51,877 nt of DNA. It comes from Candidatus Taylorbacteria bacterium RIFCSPLOWO2_12_FULL_43_20. GTDB lineage: Bacteria; Patescibacteriota; Minisyncoccia; Phycocordibacterales; HO2-43-120. Positions 39,201-47,306 of this stretch are shown one piece after another. Below the pieces are notes generated by a model that was not told where the DNA came from, did no database searches, and was given only the letters and a program-made list of their open reading frames with translations. The DNA is taken from positions 1 to 51,877 of the forward strand of contig MHSK01000024.1 in the NCBI GenBank assembly GCA_001821295.1, in the 5' to 3' direction. The translations under genes and the position numbers were made by a program. The stretch's first letter is position 1, and each line of letters begins with the position of its first letter.

Positions 39201-39218
39201 GGCCTTTTGAACCAATGA
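36216..39218 (+). CDS. membrane-anchored CotH-kinase-like domain + right-handed parallel beta-helix protein
   Basis: N-terminal TM; FRGD..HW..KKSWKVKL, LYVNG..GVYYISE, NARMYFDP..IPVD (CotH); C-terminal repeats DDALN, DAIDLD, GDDAIDLG, GDKCISIGE, GVQVKDGS. Confidence 0.8.
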   Translation: MNRLINHKIGQIFRSLKDGRPAWLWIIGIFAAINFFLTIFLGYLFLNNYNIWWVISAVPQAPRRTVQAVIDWVKEIPYIPYQFIDDGLPRYDIVLTKADYEELLENLPRDISQFLTDENKIKKRAVFRHGKKVYEAKVGFRGDGSGHWFWPKKSWKVKLADGNYIDDMREINFILPDERQYIVEAFNNYRTRKLGLPYLKDGWGVLYVNGVKQGVYYISESWGSEFLARNSLNDNGTLYGDKYPPSPKDHYSIYGKFDDIADFWKTYTSQPKEREVGDDENLSVSSSNIPDVSITALSQFFKVVNSEDEYFKKNIWNVVDKEDFYNWYMQSKLSGSYHQYWMNNARMYFDPEIGKMRVIPVDVGIYTDAIPYFFLGTNSLVDRLIKNPDFITEVERRLYKYVSDEKNLEEDLAYYDSLYKKVRIAFYQDHLDENTGKSFDKTVASGRDAIIANFHAISKHIESAEVENIVTLNAGTNGNLFEGKRILAELHVKEKSAAPIVLRSLSVPAFSSENSPELYEDVNLNGFLDSTDRKVGVFSFSAEKKEWVIGSLKEVFNPSLSLLNSDEINNIGNLEFAKKVYEISATEKKYFIAAENIAGERFKIKTFFENLISSKEIQPLREVYVDQSIFADFDAVSYSQDEFLAMNPIFYKIDDNTLGVGPGVFDLANTVVIPKGQILSVSSGTTLRFSPGVSFFSYGKILARSSSGNSIRFVKSGKDPWGVFALIEAPGTSVFDGVVFEDGGTGLINGAYFSGMLAAHHSDIIVRNSFFKGATGDDALNVKHASSSIVSNQFTANQFDAIDLDWGNFSFVKDNVFEQNGDDAIDLGGAQGVVIMDNFIKKSGDKCISIGEKSVRPLIINNILSGCKIGVQVKDGSDPIIANNIIYGNDIGIDAYEKKGIYGGGYAEVYNSIIWGNKVSLSMDEFSTIKVVSSNVEGGWRGDGNIAVPPSFKDADGGNFTIGKGSDSILLLFQEGGERSVLTDYFGLNLEKIPIGLLNQ

Positions 39219-39997
39219 ATTTACAACCAGAATTTCACTTCAGGCGTTTTGAGATCAAGTATTTAACGGATGAAGATACGGCTGAAAACATAAAAAAAGA
39301 TTTAATGCCCTATCTGAAACACGATCCTTTTGCAGATCAGGAAGCAAAAGAGTATGAAGTAAGGAGTGTTTATTATGACAGCCCGGGATATTTTTACTAT
39401 CAAGAAACTCTTGATGGCTATAATTCAAGGAAAAAAATCAGAGTAAGATGCTATCGGACTGGCGGCCAGATTAAAGACAATGCTTTTCTTGAGATCAAAC
39501 GTAAAGAAGGAGTAATTGTTGTAAAAGACCGCATACGGCTTAATCTGGAAGAATTGCGTCAATTTCAAAAAACGGATACGTTACTGGATAGCGGACGGTC
39601 TTTTTCTTCCAAAGAAGAAAATTTCATAAAAGAATATGAGTTTGAAAGGGTTATCAGGGCGCTTTCTCCTAAAATTTTGGTAACTTACACGAGGGAGCCA
39701 TACGCGGGAGTGTATGACGAAGGCCTCCGAGTGACTTTTGACAGAAATATTAAAGCGGCTCAGAATGACAATCTTTTCTATGATGGAGGCGACATGGAAA
39801 GAATTCATCCGGGTGAGGTTGTGGTGGAGATCAAGTTCAGAAGGGGCCTTCCTGTATACATGGGGGAAACTATAAAAAAATTCAGCATGATAAGAGTTCC
39901 TTTTTCCAAATATCGGAAGGGGGTGGAAGAAACACGCGCCATACCCGGGAGTTTTCCAGGCATCACGCGGGGTTTTGAAACAGTTTCGTATATTTAA
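39215..39997 (+). CDS. VTC-domain (polyphosphate polymerase, CYTH superfamily) protein
   Basis: RFEIKY, RSVYYDS, RKKIRVRCY, FLEIKRK, YTREPY, RVTFDRNI, VVEIKF, FSKY. Confidence 0.92.
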   Translation: MNLQPEFHFRRFEIKYLTDEDTAENIKKDLMPYLKHDPFADQEAKEYEVRSVYYDSPGYFYYQETLDGYNSRKKIRVRCYRTGGQIKDNAFLEIKRKEGVIVVKDRIRLNLEELRQFQKTDTLLDSGRSFSSKEENFIKEYEFERVIRALSPKILVTYTREPYAGVYDEGLRVTFDRNIKAAQNDNLFYDGGDMERIHPGEVVVEIKFRRGLPVYMGETIKKFSMIRVPFSKYRKGVEETRAIPGSFPGITRGFETVSYI

Positions 39998-40018
39998 TTA
40001 TAATTAGAGATAATCACC

Positions 40019-40711
40019 ATGAATGATTCCATGAATGAATTGTTAAATCTGGGTACGAGCCAACTGCAAAACCCGACGCTTATTATAACCGGCATACTGA
40101 CCTCTTTTGTTATCGCGCTCATTATCGTATATATTTATCGCAAGACGCACAGAGGGCTTTCTTATTCTCAGTCATTTGTCGTAACTCTTATTTTTGTCAC
40201 TATGGTGGCGGCCGTTGCGATGATGGTCATAGGTAATAATGTAGCAAGAGCCTTCGGTCTCTTGGGAGCTTTTTCTATCATTCGCTTCAGAACTGTTGTG
40301 AAAGAACCCAAGGACATAAGTTATATATTTTTTGCTCTTATAGAGGGAATGGCTGTTGGAACCGGTAGTTATTTGATTGCGATCATTTCAACCATACTTT
40401 TTTCAATAATTTTAATTACACTGCATAGGTTTAATTTCGGATCTTATCAACCGAAGAGATACCTGCTCTCTTTTCTAGTGGGTTCGGAAGTCAGACATGA
40501 GGAAAATATTTCTGCGATATTCAACAAATATTTAAAAAACAGTTTATTGCTAAACGTAAATTCTAAAGATGACGGAAAAATGAGAGAAATGATTTACGAT
40601 ATTGATTTTTTTGAAAAAGGCAAAAGCGGTCCGTTTGTTTCTGAGCTGGCTTCAGTCCAAGGGGTTGAAAAGGCCCGCATAATCACATCCACAACGGACA
40701 TTGAGTATTAG
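40019..40711 (+). CDS. DUF4956 family membrane protein
   Basis: YSQSFVVTL, IGNNVARAFGLLGAFSIIRFRT..K.PKDI.YIF, GMAVG; C-terminal soluble ACT-like part. Confidence 0.9.
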   Translation: MNDSMNELLNLGTSQLQNPTLIITGILTSFVIALIIVYIYRKTHRGLSYSQSFVVTLIFVTMVAAVAMMVIGNNVARAFGLLGAFSIIRFRTVVKEPKDISYIFFALIEGMAVGTGSYLIAIISTILFSIILITLHRFNFGSYQPKRYLLSFLVGSEVRHEENISAIFNKYLKNSLLLNVNSKDDGKMREMIYDIDFFEKGKSGPFVSELASVQGVEKARIITSTTDIEY

Positions 40712-40752
40712 ACTGAAAAAATGCGTCAGCATATAGCTTTTTGACTAAACGA

Positions 40753-42141
40753 ATGAGAAAAATATTGCTAACAATTTCTCGCGGCTGGATTGCGCGTAAT
40801 CTATTGCATAATGAATTTTACAAAATCTTAAGAGAAAATTGCGAGCTTATCATCATAACGACGGCGGCCGACAGCGATCGTTTTATAGGTGAATTTTCTC
40901 ATCCGAACGTCAGATTTATCGCGATGGATGAGAAGGGCCACAATTCTCTAGATGCCCTGATCTTTTTTTTTCACAAAAATCTTATATATAACTCCACGGT
41001 TGATCAAAAGAATCGATGGGGAATCATAGGCGATCCTAAAAGTAGAAAGCCCATCTTTTTTTTCTATCTTATAAAAAAAATAATTTTTATCCCTCTAAGT
41101 AAAATGAAATTTTTGCGCGAGCTATTTCGTCTCGTGGATTACTTTTTTTTACAAAAAAATGAAGTGAACAAATATTTGAAAGTTTTGGATAGGGAAAAAC
41201 CTGATTTGGTTCTGTCAACAAACGTTTACAGTGACAGCGAAGCCGCGCTTATAAAGGCGGCTAGAAAAAGAAAAATATTTACGCTCGGAATTCCAAAAAG
41301 CTGGGATAATTCCAATAAAAACGGACTACGGGCCAAAACTGACGTAATGTTCGTGTGGAGCGAGTTTATGGCGGATGAAGTCATAAAATACCAGAATTAT
41401 AAGGATAAAAAAGTAAAAATTTTGGGAATTCCGCAGTTTGATGATTACACAGATAAGAATTTGATAATGAATAGAAAGGAATTTTGCGAAATATACGAAC
41501 TTGATCCCGGCAGGCGGATTATTTTTTTTGGATCGGAGGGAAAACTGCTGCCAACTGACGCGGAAATTGCCGATATTATTTATGAAGATATTTTGACGAA
41601 CAAGTTTAATGAACCGTCGCAACTATTGGTACGCCCCCACTTTGGCTATAAAGATGACGATCTTAAATTTAAGAGTCTCTTCGGCAGGGATCGTGTCGTG
41701 GTTGACCGCTTGAACAACCCCTCAGATTGTTTTCGCGACTCATGGGATTATTCTTCAGAGTTTACCAAGCGTTTTGTAAATTGCCTTTATCACAGTGATG
41801 TCATAGTCAGCACTTATTCCACGCTCACGCTTGACGGAGCCGCTTTTGACAAACCGCTTATTAACATAGCTTTTGATGGAAGGAAATTCGTGCCGTATGA
41901 TCGATCTGTCGCCAGGTGGGAAATGGCAACTTATTTTAAAAAAGTGTTGAATACCGGCGCGGTGTGGAATGTAAATAATGTTTCCGAACTTAGGAACGCA
42001 ATCAATTCGTATTTTGACAACCCTTCAAAATTATCAAAAGAAAGAGAATTGCTAAGGGCAAGGTTTTGTTTTAAGATTGATGGACAAAGCGGAAAACGCT
42101 TCGCTAATGAGGTTCTGAATTTGCTTAGAGCCAGTTCATAA
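40753..42141 (+). CDS. GT-B protein, CDP-glycerol glycerophosphotransferase (TagF)-like / candidate nonulosonate transferase
   Basis: RN motif near the N-terminus, PKSWDN, GIPQFD, VRPHF, STLTLD..FDKPLIN, DGQSGKR. Confidence 0.6.
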   Translation: MRKILLTISRGWIARNLLHNEFYKILRENCELIIITTAADSDRFIGEFSHPNVRFIAMDEKGHNSLDALIFFFHKNLIYNSTVDQKNRWGIIGDPKSRKPIFFFYLIKKIIFIPLSKMKFLRELFRLVDYFFLQKNEVNKYLKVLDREKPDLVLSTNVYSDSEAALIKAARKRKIFTLGIPKSWDNSNKNGLRAKTDVMFVWSEFMADEVIKYQNYKDKKVKILGIPQFDDYTDKNLIMNRKEFCEIYELDPGRRIIFFGSEGKLLPTDAEIADIIYEDILTNKFNEPSQLLVRPHFGYKDDDLKFKSLFGRDRVVVDRLNNPSDCFRDSWDYSSEFTKRFVNCLYHSDVIVSTYSTLTLDGAAFDKPLINIAFDGRKFVPYDRSVARWEMATYFKKVLNTGAVWNVNNVSELRNAINSYFDNPSKLSKERELLRARFCFKIDGQSGKRFANEVLNLLRASS

Positions 42142-42311
42142 TCTAACCGCGAATTTAATGAATAAAAACAACGCTTGCATGCCACATTTCCCAAATTTCG
42201 GCTGCAAATCACTCATTCCTCCTCGACATAGCTCGCTATGACTCGGCGGACTTCGTGGTTTTCGCTCGAAATTTGGGAAATGTGCCTTGCAATTAGATTA
42301 TGAACAGGCTC
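42128..42311. mobile_element. MITE (IS5-like ends) with TTA duplication and nested inverted repeat
   Basis: TIR GAGCCAGTTCATAATCTAA / TTAGATTATGAACAGGCTC; TTA at 42125-27 and 42312-14; inner perfect 18-bp IR at 42183-42200 / 42267-42284. Confidence 0.85.
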
Positions 42312-42317
42312 TTAAAC

Positions 42318-43130
42318 ATGATGGATAATAAACAATTTGACGACAAGTGGAAAGAAGCAAGTGGGGGTGCTCCGTTTGAGGAGCGCTCGGTTTTTGTCCC
42401 TTTTGGGGATAGACCGAAGACGCAGAGACAGTTTATTTTACACAGTGAGTTTGAATATATCTCTTCTTTAGCAAAGAAACACCGTGTTAAAGAAGCGATA
42501 GAAATCGGATGCGGAAGAGGGACTATTGCTCTTTATCTGAATAAATATCTCGGTGTAAGTGTGGTCGCCGCCGATATTTCCGATGAAGCTGTGAACTTGG
42601 CAAGGGAAAATTTTTCTCTTCATAAAGGTGAAGGAAAGGTGATAATGGCAGATGCTGGTCACTTGCCTTTTCCAGAAGCTACTTTTGACATGACGGTATC
42701 AATAGGTCTGCTTGAGCATTTAGAAGATTACACTTCTCTTATTCAAGAGCAGTATCGAGTATTGAAGAGCGGCGGTATTATGGTCTCTCTAAACATTCCT
42801 AAGAAAAATTCCATACAGGTCCTGAATAATATTTACAGATTTTTTTTGAATTTGCTTGGTTTTTCTACGTTTCTTAAAAAAGATTATTTTAGAAACTCCG
42901 ACACTCCGGAAATGTATTCCAAAATTGCAAAAGAAGCAGGTTTCATAGAAGTGGAGACTTTTTATTGTAATCCCTTTCCTCTCTTTACCCCAATTCCTAA
43001 ATTTTGCGAGAGGATTCTCGTTGTTTTATATAGATTAATATATGGTACTAGAAGGCTGTTCATGAAGTACCCTTTCAAAGGATCACAATTATTATCTCAG
43101 GAGCATTTTTTGGTTGGAATTAAAAAATAA
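42318..43130 (+). CDS. class I SAM-dependent methyltransferase
   Basis: IEIGCGRG, AADIS, ADAGHLPF, GLLEH, RVLKSGG. Start moved off ATG 42300, which lies inside the MITE TIR. Confidence 0.88.
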   Translation: MMDNKQFDDKWKEASGGAPFEERSVFVPFGDRPKTQRQFILHSEFEYISSLAKKHRVKEAIEIGCGRGTIALYLNKYLGVSVVAADISDEAVNLARENFSLHKGEGKVIMADAGHLPFPEATFDMTVSIGLLEHLEDYTSLIQEQYRVLKSGGIMVSLNIPKKNSIQVLNNIYRFFLNLLGFSTFLKKDYFRNSDTPEMYSKIAKEAGFIEVETFYCNPFPLFTPIPKFCERILVVLYRLIYGTRRLFMKYPFKGSQLLSQEHFLVGIKK

Positions 43131-43185
43131 TATAATCAAGTCTAATTTTTGAATTATAGATTCTGTGTTTAGATTCACAATGTTT

Positions 43186-43869
43186 ATGAAAAATTTTCCT
43201 TCACAAGAAGCGATTGACATATATAACTATTTTAAAACGTTGCCTGGTTCGGAACATATCGGCAAGCCTGTAAGCATAGATGCTCTGATTCAAATATGCG
43301 GCGAAATTAAACCACAAAGAGTTTTGGAAATGGGGGGAGGAATAGGGGCGTTAAGTTATACCCTTCTAAAATATTCAAACGCGTTTCTTGATATTTATGA
43401 GGATAATGAATTTTGTATAGGTGAGTTGCGAAAAAATCTCGCAGAATATAAAGAAAGATTTCAAATAATATCCGCCTACAATGTTCTTCCTCCTTCAAAA
43501 AATTACGACTTGGTTGTTATTGACGGGGGAACCGGAACTGAAGGCGACGGCGGCTATTCCTTAGCAGCCCGGCTTTTTCTCTTATACATTGATTCAGTAA
43601 AAGTGGTATATCTGGAAGGGTACAGAGGCATGCAGAGAAGGTTGGCAAGATTAGCTCTGCGAGAGAAGTATGTCTGCCGTTACACGCCTTACAAGGAGAT
43701 CTATGTGGAAGGAAAAAAATGGCATGGCGGACTGAAGATTGTTTGCCGCTTGGTCAGATCAGGTTTTGTAAGGTGGACAGACTTTTGTTTTTGGGAACTA
43801 TCGTCTGAACTCAGGAGATGGTATTTCAGAATTAAGAATATAGGCAAATCCGCCAAGTCAAAAAAATGA
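43186..43869 (+). CDS. putative SAM-dependent methyltransferase-fold protein
   Basis: RVLEMGGGIGALS, YED, YDLVVIDG. Confidence 0.65.
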   Translation: MKNFPSQEAIDIYNYFKTLPGSEHIGKPVSIDALIQICGEIKPQRVLEMGGGIGALSYTLLKYSNAFLDIYEDNEFCIGELRKNLAEYKERFQIISAYNVLPPSKNYDLVVIDGGTGTEGDGGYSLAARLFLLYIDSVKVVYLEGYRGMQRRLARLALREKYVCRYTPYKEIYVEGKKWHGGLKIVCRLVRSGFVRWTDFCFWELSSELRRWYFRIKNIGKSAKSKK

Positions 43870-44633
43870 TTGTGCCAAAAAAAATAAGAGTTATACCCCG
43901 TTTGGACATAAAGGGCGCGAATGTTATTAAAGGGGTTCATCTGGAATGCTTGCATATTGTCGGAAACCCAGAAGAAATGGCGACTCGCTATTATAGCCAG
44001 GGAGCCGATGAGCTTATATACATGGATGTTGTGGCAAGTCTCTACGGACGAAATAATCTGTTGGATATTGTGGAAAAAACCGCCAAGAATGTTTTTATTC
44101 CCCTCACTGTTGGCGGAGGCATAAGATCCATTGATGATATAAAAAGCGTATTGAGGGCCGGAGCTGATAAAGTGGCCATCAATACTCATGCGACGCTAAA
44201 TCCCCAGTTTATTACGGCGGCGGCGAGGACTTTCGGCTCACAGTGCATTGTTGGATCCATCGAGGCAAAAAAAATCAATGAAGACAGGTGGGAGGTTTTC
44301 ACGGACAACGGCCGGGTTGAAACCGGTTTAGACGCCGTGAATTGGGCGATAAATCTTGAACAACTTGGAGCGGGCGAGCTTCTTATTACTTCCATAGATC
44401 AGGAAGGAACGGCAAAAGGGTATGATACCGAACTTATCAAGAAAATAGCTCCCAATATATCAATACCCGTGATTGCCTGCGGCGGAGCCGGAAAGCCAGA
44501 GGATATGGTCCTTGCGGTAAAAGAAGGGTTCGCGGATGCTGTAGCTGCGGGAAACATATTCCACTATAATAAATATTCCATCGCGGAGGTAAAAAAATTT
44601 CTCAGAGAAAGAGGTATTGATACAAGGAGTTAA
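43866..44633 (+). CDS. hisF: HisF-like cyclase subunit, glycan-associated (WbuZ-like)
   Basis: VIPRLDIKG, GADEL, VGGGIRS, GADKVAINT, GAGELLITSIDQEGT..GYD, CGGAG. Confidence 0.85.
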   Translation: MIVPKKIRVIPRLDIKGANVIKGVHLECLHIVGNPEEMATRYYSQGADELIYMDVVASLYGRNNLLDIVEKTAKNVFIPLTVGGGIRSIDDIKSVLRAGADKVAINTHATLNPQFITAAARTFGSQCIVGSIEAKKINEDRWEVFTDNGRVETGLDAVNWAINLEQLGAGELLITSIDQEGTAKGYDTELIKKIAPNISIPVIACGGAGKPEDMVLAVKEGFADAVAAGNIFHYNKYSIAEVKKFLRERGIDTRS

Positions 44634-44637
44634 GATT

Positions 44638-45270
44638 ATGCGCAAGACAATAGTCATAGATTATGGATTTGGCAATTTGTTCAGCTTGACGAAAGCGTTG
44701 GCATTTTTAGGCGCGAATTACTCTGTCTCAGATAATCCTGAGGAGGTAGAAAAGGCCGAGGCCATAATATTACCCGGTGTTGGAGCGTTTGGTGATGGGA
44801 TCGCAGAACTCAATAAAAGAGGCCTGAACGAAGCGGTAATTGAGGGAGCGAAGAGGGGGATACCACTACTTGGAATTTGCCTAGGGATGCAATTTCTTTT
44901 TGAAAAAAGTCATGAGTTTGGCGAACATAAAGGATTGGGTTTAATCAAGGGGGAAGTTAAAAGAATTACGCTTACAGAAAAGCCATTTTTCAAAATTCCT
45001 CATACGGGATGGAGTCCTTTGTTGCCTCCGGATGGAACAGAGGGATTTAACAATCCTCTTTTTTCAGGAATTAAGCCCGGGTCAGAGGCGTATTTTGTGC
45101 ATTCTTATGCCGGAAAAAGTCAAACAGATGATATAATAGCAAATACGATTTATTGTGAGACGAAAATTCTTGCCGCGGTTGGCAAAGGCAACGTGTTTGG
45201 AACTCAATTTCATCCGGAAAAAAGCGGAGAAATCGGAATTCAAATTCTTAACAATTTTCTTTCCTTGTAG
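44638..45270 (+). CDS. hisH: HisH-like class I glutamine amidotransferase (WbuY-like)
   Basis: IDYGFGNL, LPGVGAF, GICLGMQ, PHTGW, YFVHSY, QFHPEKS. Confidence 0.9.
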   Translation: MRKTIVIDYGFGNLFSLTKALAFLGANYSVSDNPEEVEKAEAIILPGVGAFGDGIAELNKRGLNEAVIEGAKRGIPLLGICLGMQFLFEKSHEFGEHKGLGLIKGEVKRITLTEKPFFKIPHTGWSPLLPPDGTEGFNNPLFSGIKPGSEAYFVHSYAGKSQTDDIIANTIYCETKILAAVGKGNVFGTQFHPEKSGEIGIQILNNFLSL

Positions 45271-45297
45271 GAGCTTGATTTCCACGGTATTTATAAA

Positions 45298-46581
45298 ATG
45301 ATTAACAAAGAACAAACAAAAATGGGCGGTAAAAGTTTTTCTCCCGGGTATGGCTTGCCGGGCGATGTAAAATTCTGCAAAAAGTGTGTTATTCCGAATA
45401 CTCGGCCGACAGCTTCAAATGAATACACGCATATGAAAAGACGACCCCATGACTACATTAGCTTTGACGACGAGGGGGTCTGTTCAGCATGCAGATTTTG
45501 TGAAGCTAAATTTGACGGGACTATTGATTGGAAAAAACGAGAGGAGGAGCTTCTGGAGCTTCTGGATAAATACAGAAGCAAAGACGGATCGTATGACTGT
45601 CTCGTGCCAGGATCCGGAGGAAAAGACAGCGTTTACGCGTCCCATATTTTGAAGACAAAATACGGTATGCATCCTCTGACGGTCACTTGGGCGCCGCATT
45701 TGTATACTGATATCGGCTGGAAAAATTTTCAGAATTGGAGTCATGTCGCAGGACATGATAATTATTTGTTTACACCGAATGGAAAAGTTCATCGCATGCT
45801 TACTCGCAATGCTTTTTTGAACTTATTGCATCCTTTTCAGCCCTTTATCCTAGGTCAAAAAACCTTTGCCGTCAAAATGGCGGCGCGTTTTGGGATACCT
45901 CTTGTATTTTACGGTCCATGTCCCGGAGAAAATGGCGGGAATACGCCAATAACGCAGAACAAGTATATATTCAAAGACTCGGAGTCTGAGACAGATAACA
46001 AGAACGGATTCAGAATGGATTACGTAAATTCTTCAGCTAATTTTGATGAAATTTATTTGGGGGGTAAAAAAGTATCGGATTACTTTCGAGAGGGCTTGAC
46101 ACAGGGCGATTTGGCGCCGTATTTACCATTGGACACTCGTGTGATAAAGGAAAAAAACATTGGATTTTATTTTTTGGGATATTACCTCAAGTGGGTGCCT
46201 CAAGAATGCTACTATTATGCTGTTCAAAATGCAGGTTTTGAGGCCAATCCCGCTCGTTCCGAGGGCACATACTCCAAATATTCTAGCCTGGACGATAAGA
46301 CAGACGGATTTTTTTACTACACCACTTATATTAAATTCGGGTACGGAAGAGCTACGCAAGATGCCGCGCAGGAGATAAGGCACGGACATATTACGCGGGA
46401 AGAGGGAGTGGCTCTGGTTAACAGGTTTGACGGAGAATTTCCAAAAAAATATTTTAAGGAATTTTTGGATTATATTGATTTATCAGAGTCGGAATTTTGG
46501 GTAAAAATTGATGAATTTCGCGATTCTCTTTTGTGGGAAAAGACGGGGCAAGACTGGAAATTAAAATATAAAATTACTTAA
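45298..46581 (+). CDS. N-acetyl sugar amidotransferase (WbuX/PseA-like)
   Basis: CKKC..P.TRP, CSAC, YDCLVPGSGGKDS (PP-loop), EGTYSKYSSLDD, KFGYGRATQDAAQEIRHG..TREEG. Confidence 0.9.
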   Translation: MINKEQTKMGGKSFSPGYGLPGDVKFCKKCVIPNTRPTASNEYTHMKRRPHDYISFDDEGVCSACRFCEAKFDGTIDWKKREEELLELLDKYRSKDGSYDCLVPGSGGKDSVYASHILKTKYGMHPLTVTWAPHLYTDIGWKNFQNWSHVAGHDNYLFTPNGKVHRMLTRNAFLNLLHPFQPFILGQKTFAVKMAARFGIPLVFYGPCPGENGGNTPITQNKYIFKDSESETDNKNGFRMDYVNSSANFDEIYLGGKKVSDYFREGLTQGDLAPYLPLDTRVIKEKNIGFYFLGYYLKWVPQECYYYAVQNAGFEANPARSEGTYSKYSSLDDKTDGFFYYTTYIKFGYGRATQDAAQEIRHGHITREEGVALVNRFDGEFPKKYFKEFLDYIDLSESEFWVKIDEFRDSLLWEKTGQDWKLKYKIT

Positions 46582-46586
46582 AAAAA

Positions 46587-47279
46587 ATGGGATTACCATA
46601 TTTACCACCGGAGGATATATTAAGTCAGAACACAAATATTAGGTCAAATTTGGCTCAAGGACGGCCGACTTGGTGTGTTCGTTCGGGCCTTGCGCAGTCG
46701 CTTATTTACAAGAGAACGAACGCGAACTCCGCGATTTTAGAAGTGGGTTGCGGGGCGGGCGCTTTGGCTTCGGAGCTGATTGAAAAAGGGTATAAAAAAA
46801 TTGCTTTAGTTGATATTGACGACTATCTCATGGAAGATGTCCGTCAAAAAGTGGACATTAAACTTTTAGACGTCTGCTTTAATCCTTTGCCTTTCAATGA
46901 TAACACCTTGGATTCGGTTTTGGCGTTCGCCATAGTCGAACATTTGGAAAATCCGTATTTTTTCGCGCGGGAAGTTTCTAGAATATTAAAAAAAGGAGGT
47001 GTTTTCTTTTTTTCAGTGCCCAATATCTTTTCATTAAGAGCTAAGCTCGGTTTCATGTTCCGTGGTGATATCAAGGGATATTCAGAAACTAATAATCACA
47101 TAACTCTTTTTACCAAAGCGGTTTTCAATAAAGTTTTTTGTAAGCATTTTGTCATTAGCGAGATTTATTTTGATCAAGGTTACATTTCCTTATTAGGAAA
47201 GAAAATCAGGTTTCCTAAAATGAATTTTTTCGGCAAATGGTTCGGGGCAAAGGTTCTTTATGTTCTGGAAAAAAAATAA
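46587..47279 (+). CDS. class I SAM-dependent methyltransferase (type 11)
   Basis: ILEVGCGAG, LPFNDN, IVEHLENP, RILKKGG, SVPN. Confidence 0.88.
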   Translation: MGLPYLPPEDILSQNTNIRSNLAQGRPTWCVRSGLAQSLIYKRTNANSAILEVGCGAGALASELIEKGYKKIALVDIDDYLMEDVRQKVDIKLLDVCFNPLPFNDNTLDSVLAFAIVEHLENPYFFAREVSRILKKGGVFFFSVPNIFSLRAKLGFMFRGDIKGYSETNNHITLFTKAVFNKVFCKHFVISEIYFDQGYISLLGKKIRFPKMNFFGKWFGAKVLYVLEKK

Positions 47280-47306
47280 ATCACCAACATAGCGGGCTTT
47301 TACACG

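Noticed and set aside
43866-45270. histidine biosynthesis operon
   Set aside because: Only hisF/hisH-like genes are present, adjacent to a WbuX-type amidotransferase, the known glycan-amidination arrangement.
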